A stretch of DNA of 64,000 nt from Eledone cirrhosa (taxonomy: Eukaryota). The DNA is taken from contig OZ024744.1 in the NCBI GenBank assembly GCA_964016885.1, positions 67,766,001-67,830,000 on the forward strand, given 5' to 3'. Below are positions 1-18,237 of this stretch, one piece after another. Made by a program: the position numbers and the translations under genes. The notes below the pieces were generated by a model. It searched no databases and was not told the origin of the DNA. It saw only the letters and a list, made by a program, of their open reading frames with translations. The stretch's first letter is position 1, and each line of letters starts with the position of its first letter.

Positions 1-3000
1 GTACAACACAACAACTACCAACATAGATGTTACAGTACATACAACGCCACAACTAGCAACATAGACACTACAGTACATACAACAACACAACTACCATCAT
101 AGACACTACAGTGCATACAACACCACAACTACCATCATAGACACTACAGTACATACAACACTACAACTATCAACATAGGCACTACAGTACATACAACACC
201 ACAACTACCAACATAGACACTACAGTACATACAACACCACAACTACCACCATAGGCACTACAGTACATGCAACCCCCAACTAACAAGATAGACACTACAG
301 TACATACAACACCACAACTACCAACATAGACACTACAGTACATACAACACCACAACTACCAGCATAGACGCTACAGTACATACAACACCACAACTACCAA
401 CATAGACACTACAGTACATACAACACCACAACTACCAACATAGACACTGCAGTACATACAACACCACAACTACCAACATAGACACTACAGTACATACAAC
501 ACCACAACTACCAACATAGACACTACAGTACATACAACACCACAACCACCATCATAGACACTACAGTACATACAACACCACAACCACCAACATAGACACT
601 ACAGTACATACAACACCACAACTACCAACATAGACACTACAGTACATACAACACCACAACTACCAACATAGACACTACAGTACATACAACACCACAACTA
701 CCAACATAGACACTACAGTACATAAAACACCACAACTACCAACATAGACACTACAGTACATACAACACCACAACCACCAACATAGACACTACAGTACATA
801 CAACACCACAACTACCAACATAGACACTACAGTACATACAACACTTCAACTACCAACATAGACACTACAGTACATACAACACCACAACTACCAACATAGA
901 CACTACAGTACATACAACACCACAACTACCACCATAGACACTACAGTACATACAACACCACAACCACCAACATAGACACTACAGTACATACAACACTTCA
1001 ACTACCAACATAGACACTACAGTACATACAACACCACAACTACCAACATAGACACTACAGTACATACAACACCACAACTACCACCATAGACACTACAGTA
1101 CATACAACACCACAACCACCAACATAGGCACTACAGTACATACAACACCACAACAACCACCATAGACACTACAGTACATACAACACCACAACTACCAACA
1201 TAGACACTACAGTACATACACCACTACTACTACCAACATAGGCACTACAGTACATACAACACCACAACTACCACCATAGACACTACAGTACATACAACAC
1301 CACAACTACCAACATAGACACTACAGTACATACAACACCACAACTGTCACCATAGACACTACAGTACATACACCACAACTAACAATATAGACACAACAGT
1401 ACATACAACACCACAACTACCACCATAGGCACTATAGTACATACAACCCCCAACTAACAGGATAGACACTACAGTACATACAACACCACAACTACCAACA
1501 TAGACACTACAGTACATACAACACCACAACTACCAGCATAGACACTACAGAATATACAACACCACAATTATCAACATAGGAACTACAGTACATACAACAC
1601 CACAACTACCAACATAGACACTACAGTACAACACAACAACTACCAACATAGATGTTACAGTACATACAACGCCACAACTAGCAACATAGACACTACAGTA
1701 CATACAACAACACAACTACCCTCATAGACACTACAGTACATACAACACCACAACTACCATCATAGACACTACAGTACATACAACACTACAACTATCAACA
1801 TAGGCACTACAGTACATACAACAGCACAACTACCAACATAGACACTACAGTACATACAACACCACAACTACCACCATAGGCACTACAGTACATGCAACCC
1901 CCAACTAACAAGATAGACACTACAGTACATACAACACCACAACTACCAACATAGACACTACAGTACATACAACACCACAACTACCAGCATAGACGCTACA
2001 GTACATACAACACCACAACTACCAACATAGACACTACAGTACATACAACACCACAACTACCAACATAGACACTGCAGTACATACAACACCACAACTACCA
2101 ACATAGACACTACAGTACATACAACACCACAACTACCAACATAGACACTACAATACATACAACACCACAACTACCAACATAGTGACTAGAGTACATACAA
2201 CACCACAACTACCCACATAGACACTACAGTACATACAACACCACAACTGCCAACATAGGCACTACAGTACATACAACACCACAACTACCAACATAGGCAC
2301 TACAGTACATACAACACCACAACTACCACCATAGACACTCAGGACATACAGCACCATAACTACCAACATAGACACTACAGTACATACAACAACACAACTA
2401 CCAACATAGGCACTGCAGTACACACAACACCACAACTACCACCATAGACACTACAGTGCATACACCACAACTACCAACATAGATGTTACAGTACATACAA
2501 CAACACAACTACCACCATAGACACTACAGTACATGCAAACAGCACAACCACCAACATAGACACTACAGTACATACAAAACAGAACTACCAACATAGACAC
2601 TACAGTACATCCAACAACACAACTACCACCATAGACACTACAGTACAATAAACAACAACACAACTACCAACATAGACAGTACAGTACATACAAAACCACA
2701 ACTACCAACATAGACACTACAGTACATACAACACTACAACCACCAACATAGACACTACAGTACATACAACACCACAACTACCACCATAGACACTACAGTA
2801 CATACAACACTACAACTACCAACATATACACTACTGTACAACACCACAATTACCAACATAGATGTTACAGTACATACAACACCACAAATACCACCATAGA
2901 CACTACAGTACATACAACACCACAACTAGCAACATAGACACTACAGTACATACAACACCACAACTACCAACATAGACACTACATTACATACAACACCACA

Positions 3001-6000
3001 ACTACCAACATAGACACTACAGTACATACAACACCACAACTACCAACATAGACACTACATTACATACAACACCACAACTACCAACATAGACACTACAGTA
3101 CATACAACACCACAACTACCAACATAGACACTACAGTACATACACCACTACAACTACCAACATAGACTCTACAGTACATACAACACCACAACTACCAACA
3201 TAGACGCTACATTACATACACCACCACAACTACCAACATAGACACTACAGTATATACAACACCACAACTACCAACAAAGCCACTACAGTACATACAACAC
3301 CACAACTACCAACATAGACACTACAGTACATACAACACCACAACTACCAACATAGACACTACAGTACATACAACACCACAACTACCACCATAGACACTAC
3401 AGTACATACAACACCACAACTACCACCATAGACACTACAGTACATACAACACTTCAACTACCAACATAGACACTACAGTACATACAACGACACAACTACC
3501 AACATAGACACTACAGTACATACACCACTACCACTACCAACATAGGCACTACAGTACATACAACACCACAACTAGCAACATTGACACTACAGTACATACA
3601 ACACCACAACTACCAACATAGACACTACAGTACATACAACAACACAACTACCAACATAGACACTACAGTACCTACAACAGCAGAACTACCACCATAGACA
3701 CTACAGTACATACACCACAACTAGCAACATAGTGACTACAGTACATACAACACCACAACTACCAACATAGACACTACAGTACATACAACACCACAACTGC
3801 CACCATAGACACTACAGTACATACACCACAACTAGCAACATAGACACAACAGTACATACAACACCACAACTACCACCATAGGCACTACAGTACATACAAC
3901 CCCCAACTAACAGGATAGACACTACAGTACATACAACACCACAACTACCAACATAGACACTACAGTACATACAACACCACAACTACCAGCATAGACACTA
4001 CAGAATATACAACACCACAACTATCAACATAGGCACTACAGTACATACAACACCACAACTACCAACATAGACACTACAGTACAACACAACAACTACCAAC
4101 ATAGATGTTACAATACACACAACGCCACAACTAGCAACATAGACACTACAGTACATACAACAACACAACTACCAACATAGACACTACAGTACATACAACA
4201 CCACAACTACCACCATAGGCACTACAGTACATACAACCCCCAACTAACAAGATAGACACTACAGTACATACAACACCACAACTACCAACATAGACACTAC
4301 AGTACATACAACACCACAACTACCAACATAGACACTACAGTACATGCAAACAGCACAACCACCAACATAGACACTACAGTACATACAAAACACAACTACC
4401 AACATAGACACTACAGTACATCCAACAACACAACTACCACCATAGACACTACAGTACAATAAACAACACAACTACCAACATAGACACTACAGTACATACA
4501 AAACCACAACTACCAACATAGACACTACAGTACATACAACACTACAACCACCAACATAGACACTACAGTACATACAACACCACAACTACCACCATAGACA
4601 CTACAGTATATACAACACTACAACTACCAACATATACACTACAGTACAACACCACAATTACCAAATTAGATGTTACTGTACATACAACACCACAAATACC
4701 ACCATAGACACTACAGTACATACAACACCACAACTAGCAACATAGACACTACAGTACATACAACATCACAACTACCACCATAGACACTACAGTACATACA
4801 ACACCACAACTACCAGCATAGACACTACAGTACATACAACACCACAACTAGCAACATAGACACTACAGTACATACAACACCACAACTAGCAACATAGACA
4901 CTACAATACATACAACACCACAACTACCAACATAGATACTACACTACATACAACACCACAACCACCACCATAGACACTACAGTACATACAACACCACAAC
5001 TACCAACATAGACACTACAGTACATACAACAACAGCACAACTACCAATATAGGCACTACAGTACATACAACAACACAACAACCAACATAGACACTACAGT
5101 ACATACAACAGCACAACTATCAACATAGGCACTACAGTACATACAACACTACAACTACCAACATATACACTAAAGTACAACACCACAACTACCAACATAG
5201 ACACTACAGTACATACAACAACACAACTACCAACATAGGCACTGCAGTACATACAACACCACAACTACCACCATAGACACTACAGTGAATACACCACAAC
5301 TACCAACATAGATGTTACAGTACATACAACAACACAACTACCACCATAGACACTACAGTACATGCAAACAGCACAACCACCAACATAGACACTACAGTAC
5401 ATACAAAACACAACTACCAACATAGACACTACAGTACATCCAACAACACAACTACCACCATAGACACTACAGTACAATAAACAACAACACAACTACCAAC
5501 ATAGACACTACAGTACATACAAAACCACAACTACCAACATAGACACTACAGTACATACAACACTACAACCACCAACATAGACACTACAGTACATACAACA
5601 CCACAACTACCACCATAGACACTACAGTACATACAACACTACAACTACCAACATATAGCCTACAGTACAACACCACAATTACCAAATTAGATGTTACTGT
5701 ACATACAACACCACAAATACCACCATAGACACTACAGTACATACAACACCACAACTAGCAACATAGACACTACAGTACATACAACACCACAACTAGCAAC
5801 ATAGACACTCACGACATACAACACCACAACTACCAACATAGACACTACAGTACATACAACAATACAACTACCAACATAGGCACTACAGTACATACAACAC
5901 CACAACTACCACCATAGGCACTACAGTACATACAACCCCCAACTAACAAGATAGACACTACAGTACATACAACACCACAACTACCAACATAGACACTACA

Positions 6001-7324
6001 GTACATGCAAACAGCACAACCACCAACATAGACACTACAGTACATACAAAACACAACTACCAACATAGACACTACAGTACATCCAACAACACAACTACCA
6101 CCATAGACACTACAGTACAATAAACAACAACACAACTACCAACATAGACACTACAGTACATACAAAACCACAACTACCAACATAGACACTACAGTACATA
6201 CAACACTACAACCACCAACATAGACACTACAGTACATACAACACCACAACTACCACCATAGACACTACAGTACATACAACACTACAACTACCAACATATA
6301 CACTACAGTACAACACCACAATTTCCAAATTAGATGTTACTGTACATACAACACCACAAATACCACCATAGACACTACAGTACATACAACACCACAACTA
6401 GCAACATAGACACTACAGTACATACAACACCACAACTAGCAACATAGACACTACAATACATACAACACCACAACTACCAACATAGATACTACACTACATA
6501 CAACACCACAACCACCACCATAGACACTACAGTACATACAACACCACAACTACCAACATAGACACTACAGTACATACAACAACACCACAACTACCAATAT
6601 AGGCACTACAGTACATACAACAACACAACAACCAACATAGACACTACAGTACATACAACACCACAACTATCAACATAGGCACTACAGTATATACAACACC
6701 ACAACTACCAATATAAATACTACAGTACATACAACGCCACAACTAGCAACATAGACACTACAGTACATACAACACGACAACTACCAACATAGACACTACA
6801 GTACATACAACACCACAATTACCACCATAGACACTACAGTACATACAACACCACAACTACAAACATAGACACTACAGTCCATACAACAACACAACTACCA
6901 ACATAGACACTACAGTACATACAACCCCCAACTAACAACATAGACACTACAGTACATACAACACCACAACTGCCAACATAGGCACTACAGTACATACAAC
7001 ACCACAACTACCAACATAGACACTGCAGTACATACAACACCACAACTACCAATATAGACACTACAGTACATACAGCACCACAACTACCAACATATACACT
7101 ACAGTACAATAAACAACAACACAACTAGCAACATAGACACTCACGACATACAACACCACAACTACCAACATAGACACTACAGTACATACAACAATACAAC
7201 TACCAACATAGGCACTACAGTACATACAACACCACAACTACCACCATAAACACTACAGTACAATAAACAACAACACAACTACCAACATAGACTCTACAGT
7301 ACATACAAACAGCACAACCACCAA

Positions 7325-8465
7325 TATAGATGCCAACTTACAGAATGCCACGGTACTAAAATATGCAGATGACATCAAGCTGTACCTTGAAATCAAAAGG
7401 ACTGATCCTGAAATTTACAACTCTTTCCTACAATCAGACCTGGACACAATGCAGCAATGGATCACAGACTGGCAACTGAAGCTGGCTGTGGACAAGTGTA
7501 CCACCATGCATTTTGGAAGGAAAAATCTAGCGTCCACATACTCCCTCCATAACACTGATATCATAAAATCCTCTTGTGAACGTGACCTGGGCATTACTGT
7601 CAGCAACGATTTGCGTTGGACAAAGCATGTCTCTAAGATTGTCAAGAAGGCCGAGGGTGTCTTGGCATCACTCAGCAAGACCTTTGTTAGCCGCTCTCCA
7701 GCCATCTATTTAAAACTGTATACAGCTATGGTGCGACCACACTTGGAATTCGCATCATCAGTCTGGAACCCCTATCTTGCTCGGAACATTGACCTCCTGG
7801 AAACTGTTCAGAGATGTGCAACCAAGCGCATACCCTCCATCAGACACCTACCATACTCTGAACGCCTTGCTTCCCTGGGCATGGATTCATTGAAGCTCCG
7901 ACGTCTGGCAATGGACTTGGTGAATACCCACAAAGTTTTTAACCATCTCGCCAATTGCAACCCTGAGTGCCTCTTTGATCTCCATGTGTCTAACACACGT
8001 GGACATGCCTACAAGATCAGAAAACAGCACAGCTCCCATGACTTTCGTAGACATTTTTTCACGCTCAGAGTTGCTGAAGCATAGAACAAAAACTGCCTGC
8101 GTCAATTGTTAACTGCCGTGACACTGCATCCTTTTAGACACTCATGCTTCCAGAAATACACCAAAACTACACCTGATGTACCCCTTCCATACACATGCAC
8201 ACATGTGTGTATCATGACTCGTGCACTTTTCATTTTACTGATGTTTGTACATTGCCCTATGTACTGTACATGCACTTTTTTGATGAGTTGTGGTGCACCT
8301 GGGCACTGTACACAATATTTCATTATTGTTATTGTTATTATATCATGACTCATACACTGTTCATTTTCCTGACATTTGTACATTGTTCTATGTACTATAC
8401 ATGCACCTTTGATGAGTTGTAGTGCACCGGAGCACTGTACACAATAATTTCATTATTATTATTAT
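7325..8465 (+). mobile_element. 5'-truncated CR1-clade LINE (RT C-terminal half plus 3' UTR, (ATT)n tail)
   Basis: YADDIKLY at ~7361. ORF 7449-8084 has LYTAMVRPHLEFASSVWNPY, VQRxATK, YSERL, TRGHAYKI and FFTLRVAEA. Premature stop at 8082-8084. Ends in ttcattattattattat. Confidence 0.92.
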
Positions 8466-11400
8466 CATAGACACTACAGTACATCCAACAACACAACTAC
8501 CACCATAGACACTACAGTACATACAACACCACAACTACCAACATAGACACTACAGTACATACAAAACCACAACTACCAACATAGACACTACAGTACATAC
8601 AACACTATAACCACCAACATAGACACTACAGTACATACAACACCACAACTACCACCATAGACACTACAGTACATACAACACTACAACTACCAACATATAC
8701 ACTACAATACAACACCACAACTACCAACATAGGTGTTACAGTACATACAACACCACAAATACCACCATAGACACTACAGTACATACAACACCACAACTAG
8801 CAACATAGACACTACAGTACATACAACACCACAACTACCACCATAGACACTACAGTACATACGACACCACAACTACCAACATAGGCACTACAGTACATAC
8901 AACACCCAACTAGCATCATAGACACTACAGTACATACAACACCACAACTACCAACATAGGCAGTACAGTACATACAACACCACAACTACCACCACAGACA
9001 CTACAGTACATACAACACCACAACTACCAACATAGACACTACAGTACATACAACACCACAACTATCAACATAGGCAGTACAGTACATCCAACACCACAAC
9101 TACCACCATAGACAGTACAGTACATACAACACCACAACTGCCAACATAGACACTACAGTACATACATCACCACAACTACCAAAATAGACACTACAATACA
9201 TACAACACAACAACTAACAACATAGACACTACAGTACATACAACACCACAACTACCAACATAGATACTACAGTACATACAACACCACGACCACCACCATA
9301 GACACTACAGTACATACAACACCACAACTACCAAAAATAGACACTACAGTACATACAACAACACAACTACCAATATAGACACTACAGTACATACAACACC
9401 ACAACTACCAATATAGACACTACAGTACATACAACACCACAACTACCAACATAGACACTACAGTACATACAACACCCCAACTACCAACATAGACACTACA
9501 GTACATACAAAACCACAACTATCAACATAGACACTACAGTACATACAACACCACAACCACCAACATAGACACTACAGTACATACAACACCACAACTACCA
9601 ACATAGACACTACAGTACATACAACACCACAACCACCAACATAGACACTACAGTACATACAACACCACAACCACCAACATAGACACTACATTACATACAA
9701 ACCCACAACTACCAACATAGACACTACAGTACATACGACACCACAACTACCACCATAGACACTACAGTACATACAACACTACAACTACCAACATATACAC
9801 TACAGTACAACACCACAACTACCAACATAGATGTTACAGTACATACAACACTACAACTACCAATGTAGACACTACAGTACATACAACACCACAACTACCA
9901 ACATAGACACTACAGTACATACAACACCACAACTACCAACATAGACACTACAGTACATACAACACCACAACTAGCAACATAGACACTACAGTACATACAA
10001 CACCACAACTACCAACATAGACACTACAGTACATACAACACCACAACTAGCAACATAGGCACTACAGTACATACAACACCACAACTACCAACATAGTCAC
10101 TACAGTACATACAACACCCAACTAGCATCATAGACACAACAGTACATACAAAACCACAACTAACAACATAGGCACTACAGTACATACAACACCACAACTA
10201 CCAACATAGATACTACAGTACATACAACATCACAACAAACAACATAGACACTACAGTACATACAACACCACAACAAACAACATAGACACTACAGTACATA
10301 CAACACCACAACTCCCAACATAGACACTACAGTACATACAACACCACAACTACCAACATAGACACTACAGTACAGACAACACCACAACTACCAACATAAA
10401 TACTACAGTACATACAACGCCACAACTAGCAACATAAATACTACAGTACATACAACACCACAAATACCAACATAGACACTACAGTACATACAACACCACA
10501 ACTACCAACATAGACACTACAGTACATACAACACCACAACTACTAACATAGAGACTACAGTACATACAACACCACAAATACCAACATAGACACTACAGTA
10601 CATACAACACCACAATTACCAACATAGACACTACAGTACATACAACACCACAACTACTAACATAGACACTACAGTACATACATCAACACATCTACCAACA
10701 TAGACACTACGGTACATACAACACCACAACAACCAACATAGACACTACAGTACATACAACACCACAACTATCAACATAGGCACTACAGTACATACAACGC
10801 CACAACTACCAACATAGACACTACAGTACATGCAACAACACAACTACCACCATAGACACTAGAGTACATACAACACCACAACTATCAACATAGGCATTAC
10901 AGTACATACAACGCCACAACTACCAACATAGACACTACAGTACATACAACAACACAACTAACACCATAGACACTACAGTACATACAACATCACAACTACC
11001 AACATAGACACTACAGTACATACAAATCGACAACTCCCAACATAGTGACTACAGTACATACAACACCACAACTACCAACATAGACACTACCGTACATACA
11101 AAAACCACAACTACCAACATATACACTACAGTACAACACCACAACTACCAACATAGATGTTACAGTACATACAACACCACAAATACCACCATAGACACTA
11201 CAGTACATACAACACCACAACTACCAATATAGGCACTACAGTACATACGACACCACAACCATCAACATAGACACTACAATACATACAACACCACAACTGC
11301 CAACATAGACACTACAGTACATACAACACCACAACTACCACCATAGACACTAGAGTACATACAAGACCACAACTACCAATATAGACACTACAGTACATAC

Positions 11401-14400
11401 AACACCACAACTAACACCATAGACACTCAGGACATACAACAACACAACCACCACCATAGACACTACAGTACATACAACACCACAACTACCAACATAGACA
11501 CTACAGTACATACAACACCACAACTAGCAACATAGGCACTACAGTACATGCAACACCACAACTACCAACATAGACACTACAGTACATACAACACCCAACT
11601 AGCATCATAGACACTACAGTACATACAACACCACAACTAACAACATAGGCACTACAGTACATACAACACCACAACTACCAACATAGATACTACAGTACAT
11701 ACAACATCACAACTACCAACATTGACACTCCAGTACATACAACACCACAACTACCAACATAGACACTACAGTACATACAACACCACAACTCCCAACATAG
11801 ACACTACAGTACATACAACACCAGAACTACCAACATAGACACTACAGTACATACAACACCAGAACTACCAACATAGACACTACAGTACATACAACACCAC
11901 AACTACCACCATAGACACTACAGTACAGACAACACCACAACTACCAACATAAATACTACAGTACATACGACGCCACAACTAGCAACATAAATACTACAGT
12001 ACATACAACACCACAACTACCAACATAGACACTACAGTACATACAACACCACAACTACCAACATAGATGTTACAGTACGTACAAATCACAAATACCACCA
12101 TAGACACTACAGTACATACAACACCACAACTACCAACATAGACACTACAGTACATACAACACCACAACTACCAACATAGACACTACAGTACATACAACAC
12201 CACAAATACCAACATAGACACTACAGTACATACAACACCACAATTACCAACATAGACACTACAGTACATACAACACCACAACTACTAACATAGACACTAC
12301 AGTACATACATCAATACATCTACCTACATAGACACTACGGTACATACAACACCACAAATACCACCATAGACACTACAGTACATACAACACCACAACAACC
12401 AACATAGACACTACAGTACATACAACACCACAACTACCAATATAGACACTACAGTACATACAACACCACAACTACCAACATAGACACTACAGTACGTACA
12501 ACAACACAACTACCAGCATAGACACTACAGTACATACAACCCACAACTACTAACATAGACACTACAGTACATACAACACCACAACTACCACCATAGACAC
12601 TACAGTACATACAACACCACAACTATCAACATAAGCAATACAGTACATACAAAACCACAACTACCAACATAGACACTACAGTACATACAACAACACAACT
12701 ACCAACATAGACACTACAGTACATACAACACCACAACTACCAACATAGAGACTACAGTACATACAACACATCAACTACCAACATAGACACTACAGTACAT
12801 ACAACACCACAACTACCAACATAGACACTACAGTAAATACAACACCACAACTCCCAACATAAACACTACAGTAAATACAACACCACAACTCCCAACGTAG
12901 ACACTACAGTACATACAACACCACAATTACCAACATAGATACTACAGTACATACAACACAACAACCACCAACAGAGACACTACAGTACATACAACACCAC
13001 AACTACCAACATAGACACTACAGTACATACAACACCACAACTACCACCATAGACACTACAGTACATACACCACCACATCTACCAACATAGGCACTACAGT
13101 ACATACAACACCACAACTACCACCATAGACACTACAGTACATACAACACCACAACTACCACCATAGACACTACAGTACATACACCACCACATCTACCAAC
13201 ATAGGCACTACAGTACATACACCACCACAACTACCACCATAGATACTACAGTACATACAACACCACAACTACCAACATAGACACTACTGTACATACAAAA
13301 CCACAACTACAAACATAGACACTACAATACATACAACACCACAACTACCAACATAGCCACTGCAGCACATACAACACCACAACTACCAACATAGACACTA
13401 CAGTACATACAACACCACAACTACCAACATAGACACTACAGTACATACACCACAACTACCACCATAGACACTACAGTACATACACCAGCACATCTACCAA
13501 CATAGGCTCTACAGTACATACAACACCACAACTACCACGAAAGACACTACAGTACATACAACACCACAACTACCACCATAGACACTACAGTACATACACC
13601 ACAACTACCACCATAGACACTACAGTACATACACCACCACATCTTCCAACATAGGCACTACAGTACATACAACACCACAACTACCAATATAGACACTACA
13701 GTACATACAACACCACAACTACCAACATAGACACTACAGCACATACAACACCACAACTACCACCATAGACACTACAGTACATACAACACCACAACTACCA
13801 ACATTGACACTCCAGTACATACAACACCACAACTACCAACATAGACACTACATTACATACAACACCACAACTACCAACATAGACACTACAGTACATACAA
13901 CACCACAACTACCAACATAGACACTACAGTACATACAACACCACAACTACCAACATAGACACTACAGTACATACAACCCCCACTACCAACATAGACATTA
14001 CAGTACATACAACACAACAACTACCAACATTGACAGTCCAGTACATACTAAACCACAACTACCAACATAGACACTACAATACATACAACACCACAACTAC
14101 CAACATAGACACTACAGTACATACACCACAACTACCACCATAGACACTACAGTACATACACCACCACAACTACCACCATAGACACTACAGCACATACACC
14201 ACCACAACTACCAACATAGGCACTACAATACATACAACACCATATCTTCCAGCATAGACACTACAGTACATACAACACAACTACCACCATAGAAACTACA
14301 GTACATACAACACCACAACTACCAACATAGACACTACAGTACATACAACACCACATCTACCAACATAGACACTACAGTACATACAACACCACAACTACCA

Positions 14401-17069
14401 ACATAGACACTACAGTAAATACAACACCACAACTACCAACATAGACACTACAGTACATACAACACAACAACTAGCAACATAGACACTGCATATAACATCA
14501 CAACTACCACCATAGACACTACAGTACATACAACACCACAACTATCCACATAGACACTACAATACATACAACAACACCACAACTACCAACATAGACACTA
14601 CAGTACATACAACATCACAACTACCAAAATTGACACTCCAGTACATACAACACCACAACTACCAACATAGACACTACAGTAAATACAACACCACAACTAC
14701 CAACATAGACACTGCATATAACATCACAACTACCACCATAGACACTACAGTACATACAACACCACAACTATCAACATAGACACTACAATACATACAACAA
14801 CACCACAACTACCAACATAGACACTACAGTACATACAACATCACAACTACCAAAATTGACACTCCAGTACATACAACACCACAACTACCAACATAGACAC
14901 TACAGTACATACACCACCACATCTACCAACATAGACACTACAGTACATACAACACCACAACTACCAACATAGACACTACAGAACTTAAAACAACACAACT
15001 ACCACCATAGACACTACAGTACATACAACACCACAACTACCAACATAGACACTACTGTACATACATCACTACAACTACCAACATAGACACTACAGTACAT
15101 ACAACACCACTACTACCAACATAGACACTACAGTACATACAACACCACAATTACCAACATGGACACTACGGTACATACAACACCACAACTACCAACATAG
15201 ACACTACAGTAGATACAACACGACAACTACCAACATAGACACTACAGTACATACAACACCACAACTACCAACATAGACACTACAGTACATACAACACCAC
15301 AACTACCAACATAGACACTACAGTACATACAACACCACAACTAGCAACATAGACACTACAGTACATACAACCCCCACTACCAACATAGACACTACAGTAC
15401 ATACAACACCACAACTACCAACATAGATACTACAGTACATACAAAACCACAACTACCAACATAGACACTACAATACATACAACACCACAACTACCAACAT
15501 AGACACTACAGTACATACACCACAACTATCACCATAGACACTACAGTACATACACCACCACATCTACCAACATAGGCACTACAGTACATACAACACCATA
15601 ACTACCACGAAAGACACTACAGCACATACAACACCACAACTACCACCATAGACACTACAGTACATACACCACCACAACTACCACCATAGACACTACAGTA
15701 CATACACCACCACAACTACCAACATAGGCACTACAATACATACAACACCATATCTTCCAACATAGACACTACAGTACATATAACAACACAACTACTACCA
15801 TAGACACTACAGTACATACAACACCACAACTACCACCATAGACACTACAGTACATACACCACTACAACTACCAACATAGACGCTTCAGCACATACAACAC
15901 CACAACTACCAACATAGACACTACAGTAAATATAATACCACAACTACCAACATAGACACTACAGTAGATACAACACGACAACTACCAACATAGACACTAC
16001 AGTACATACAACACCACAACTACCAACATAGACACTACAGTACATACAACACCACAACTACCAACATAGACACTACAGTCCATACAACAGCACCACAACT
16101 ACCAACATAGACACTACAGTACATACAGCACCTCAACTACCAACATAGACACTACAGTACATACAACACCACAACTACCAACATAGACACTACAGTCCAT
16201 ACAACAACACCACAACTACCAACATAGACACTACAGTACATACAACACCTCAACTACCAACATAGACACTACAGTACATACAACACCACAACTACCAACA
16301 TAGACACTACAGTACATACAACACCACAACTACCAACATAGACACTACAGTACATACAACACCACAACTACCAATATAGACACTACGGTAAATAAAACAC
16401 CACAACTATCAACATAGACACTACAGTACATACAACACCACAACTGCCAACATAGACACTACAGTACATACAACACCACAACTACCAACATAGACACTAC
16501 AGCACATACAACACCACAACTACCACCATAGACACTACAATACATACAACACCACAACTACCAACATTGACACTCCAGTACATACAACACTACAACTACC
16601 AACATAGACACTCCAGTCCATACAACACCACAACTACCAACATAGACACTACAGTACATACAACACCACAACTACCAACATAGACACTACAGTACATACA
16701 ACACCACAACTACCAACATAGACACTACAGTACATACAACCCCCACTACCAACATAGACACTACAGTACATACAACACCACAACTACCAACATTGACACT
16801 CCAGTACATACAAAACCACAACTACCAACATAGACACTACAATACATACAACACCACAACTACCAACATAGACACTACAGTACATACACCACAACTACCA
16901 CCATAGACACTACAGTACATACACCACCACATCTACCAACATAGGCACTACAGTACATACAACACCATAACTACCACGAAAGACACTACAGTACATACAA
17001 CACCACAACTACCACCATAGACACTACAGTACATACAACACCACAACTACCAACATAGACACTACATTA

Positions 17070-18237
17070 CATTTTGTGAAGGCCTTCAATTCCGTGCCAC
17101 ACAAAAGGGTTATGGCAAAACTCTCTGCAATGGGTGTGTAGGATGATCTTTTTAACTGGTTGAAGTCCTTCATTCTCAGTCGAAGAGAGGTAGTCACGGT
17201 TCTGGGACAGCATTCCTCACCTGTCATCTGGTGTACCACAGGGATCTGTTCTTGGCCCCCCTTTTGTTTGTGGCATATATTAATGACATAGATGCCAACT
17301 TAAGGAATGCCACAGTACTAAAGTATGCAGACGACATCAAGTTGTACCTTGAGATAAAAAGGACAGATCCTGAACACTATAGATCTTGCTTGCAGTCTGA
17401 CCTGGACACAATGCAACGGTGGATCTCAGACTGGCAACTCAAGCTAGCTGTGGACAAGTGCACTACCATGCATTTTGGGAGTAAAACCCAGCGTCCACAT
17501 ACTCCCTCCACAGCACTAATATCAAGAAGTCTTCCTGTAAACGTGACCTGGGCATTACGGTCAGCAGCGATTTGCGTTGGATGAGGCACGTCTCTAAAAT
17601 TGTCAAGAGGGCCGAGGGTGTCTTAAGATCACTCAGCAAGACCTTTGTCAGCCGCTCTCCAGATATCTATTTAAGGCTGTATACAGCTATGGTGCGACCA
17701 CACTTAGAATTTGCATCACCAGTTTGGAACCCCTATCTTGCTCCGGATATTGACCGCCTGGAAACTGTTCAGAGACGTGCAACCAAGCGAATACCCTCCA
17801 TCAGGCATCTACTATACTCTGAGCGCCTTGCTTCCCTGGGCATGGATTCATTGAAGCTCCGACGCCTGGCAACTGAATTGGTAAACACCCACAAAATTGT
17901 TAACCATGTTGCCAACAAGAACCCTGAGTACCTTTTCGATTTCCATGTGTCTAACACACGTGGACATGCCCACAAAGTAAGAAAACAGCACAGTTCCCAT
18001 GACTTTCGGAAAAATTTTTTCACGCTCAGAGTTGCTGAAGCATGGAACAAACTACCTGCATCAGTTGTTAGCTGTCAAGACACTGCATCCTTTAAGGCCT
18101 CCATGCTTCCCGAGATCCACCAACACTACAGCTAACACATACACACCTGTACTTCCCTGACATTTGTGTATTATTCTATGTACTATATTGACGAGTTGTA
18201 GTGCACCTGAGCACTTTACACAATAATTTCATTATTA
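17070..18237 (+). mobile_element. 5'-truncated CR1-clade LINE, same family as 7325-8465, frameshifted
   Basis: Begins at F-V-K-A-F-N-S-V-P-H. Has PLLFVAYINDI and YADDIKLY. ORF 17572-18135 ends RVAEAWNKLP. Same 3' UTR and ATT tail as the first copy. Confidence 0.92.

Noticed and set aside
2451-11220. Cys/Val/Tyr-rich minus-strand ORFs (MCCCLLYCSVYGG...)
   Set aside because: These are translations of the 38-bp satellite. The period is not a multiple of 3 and stops recur, so they only mark higher-order repeat cassettes.
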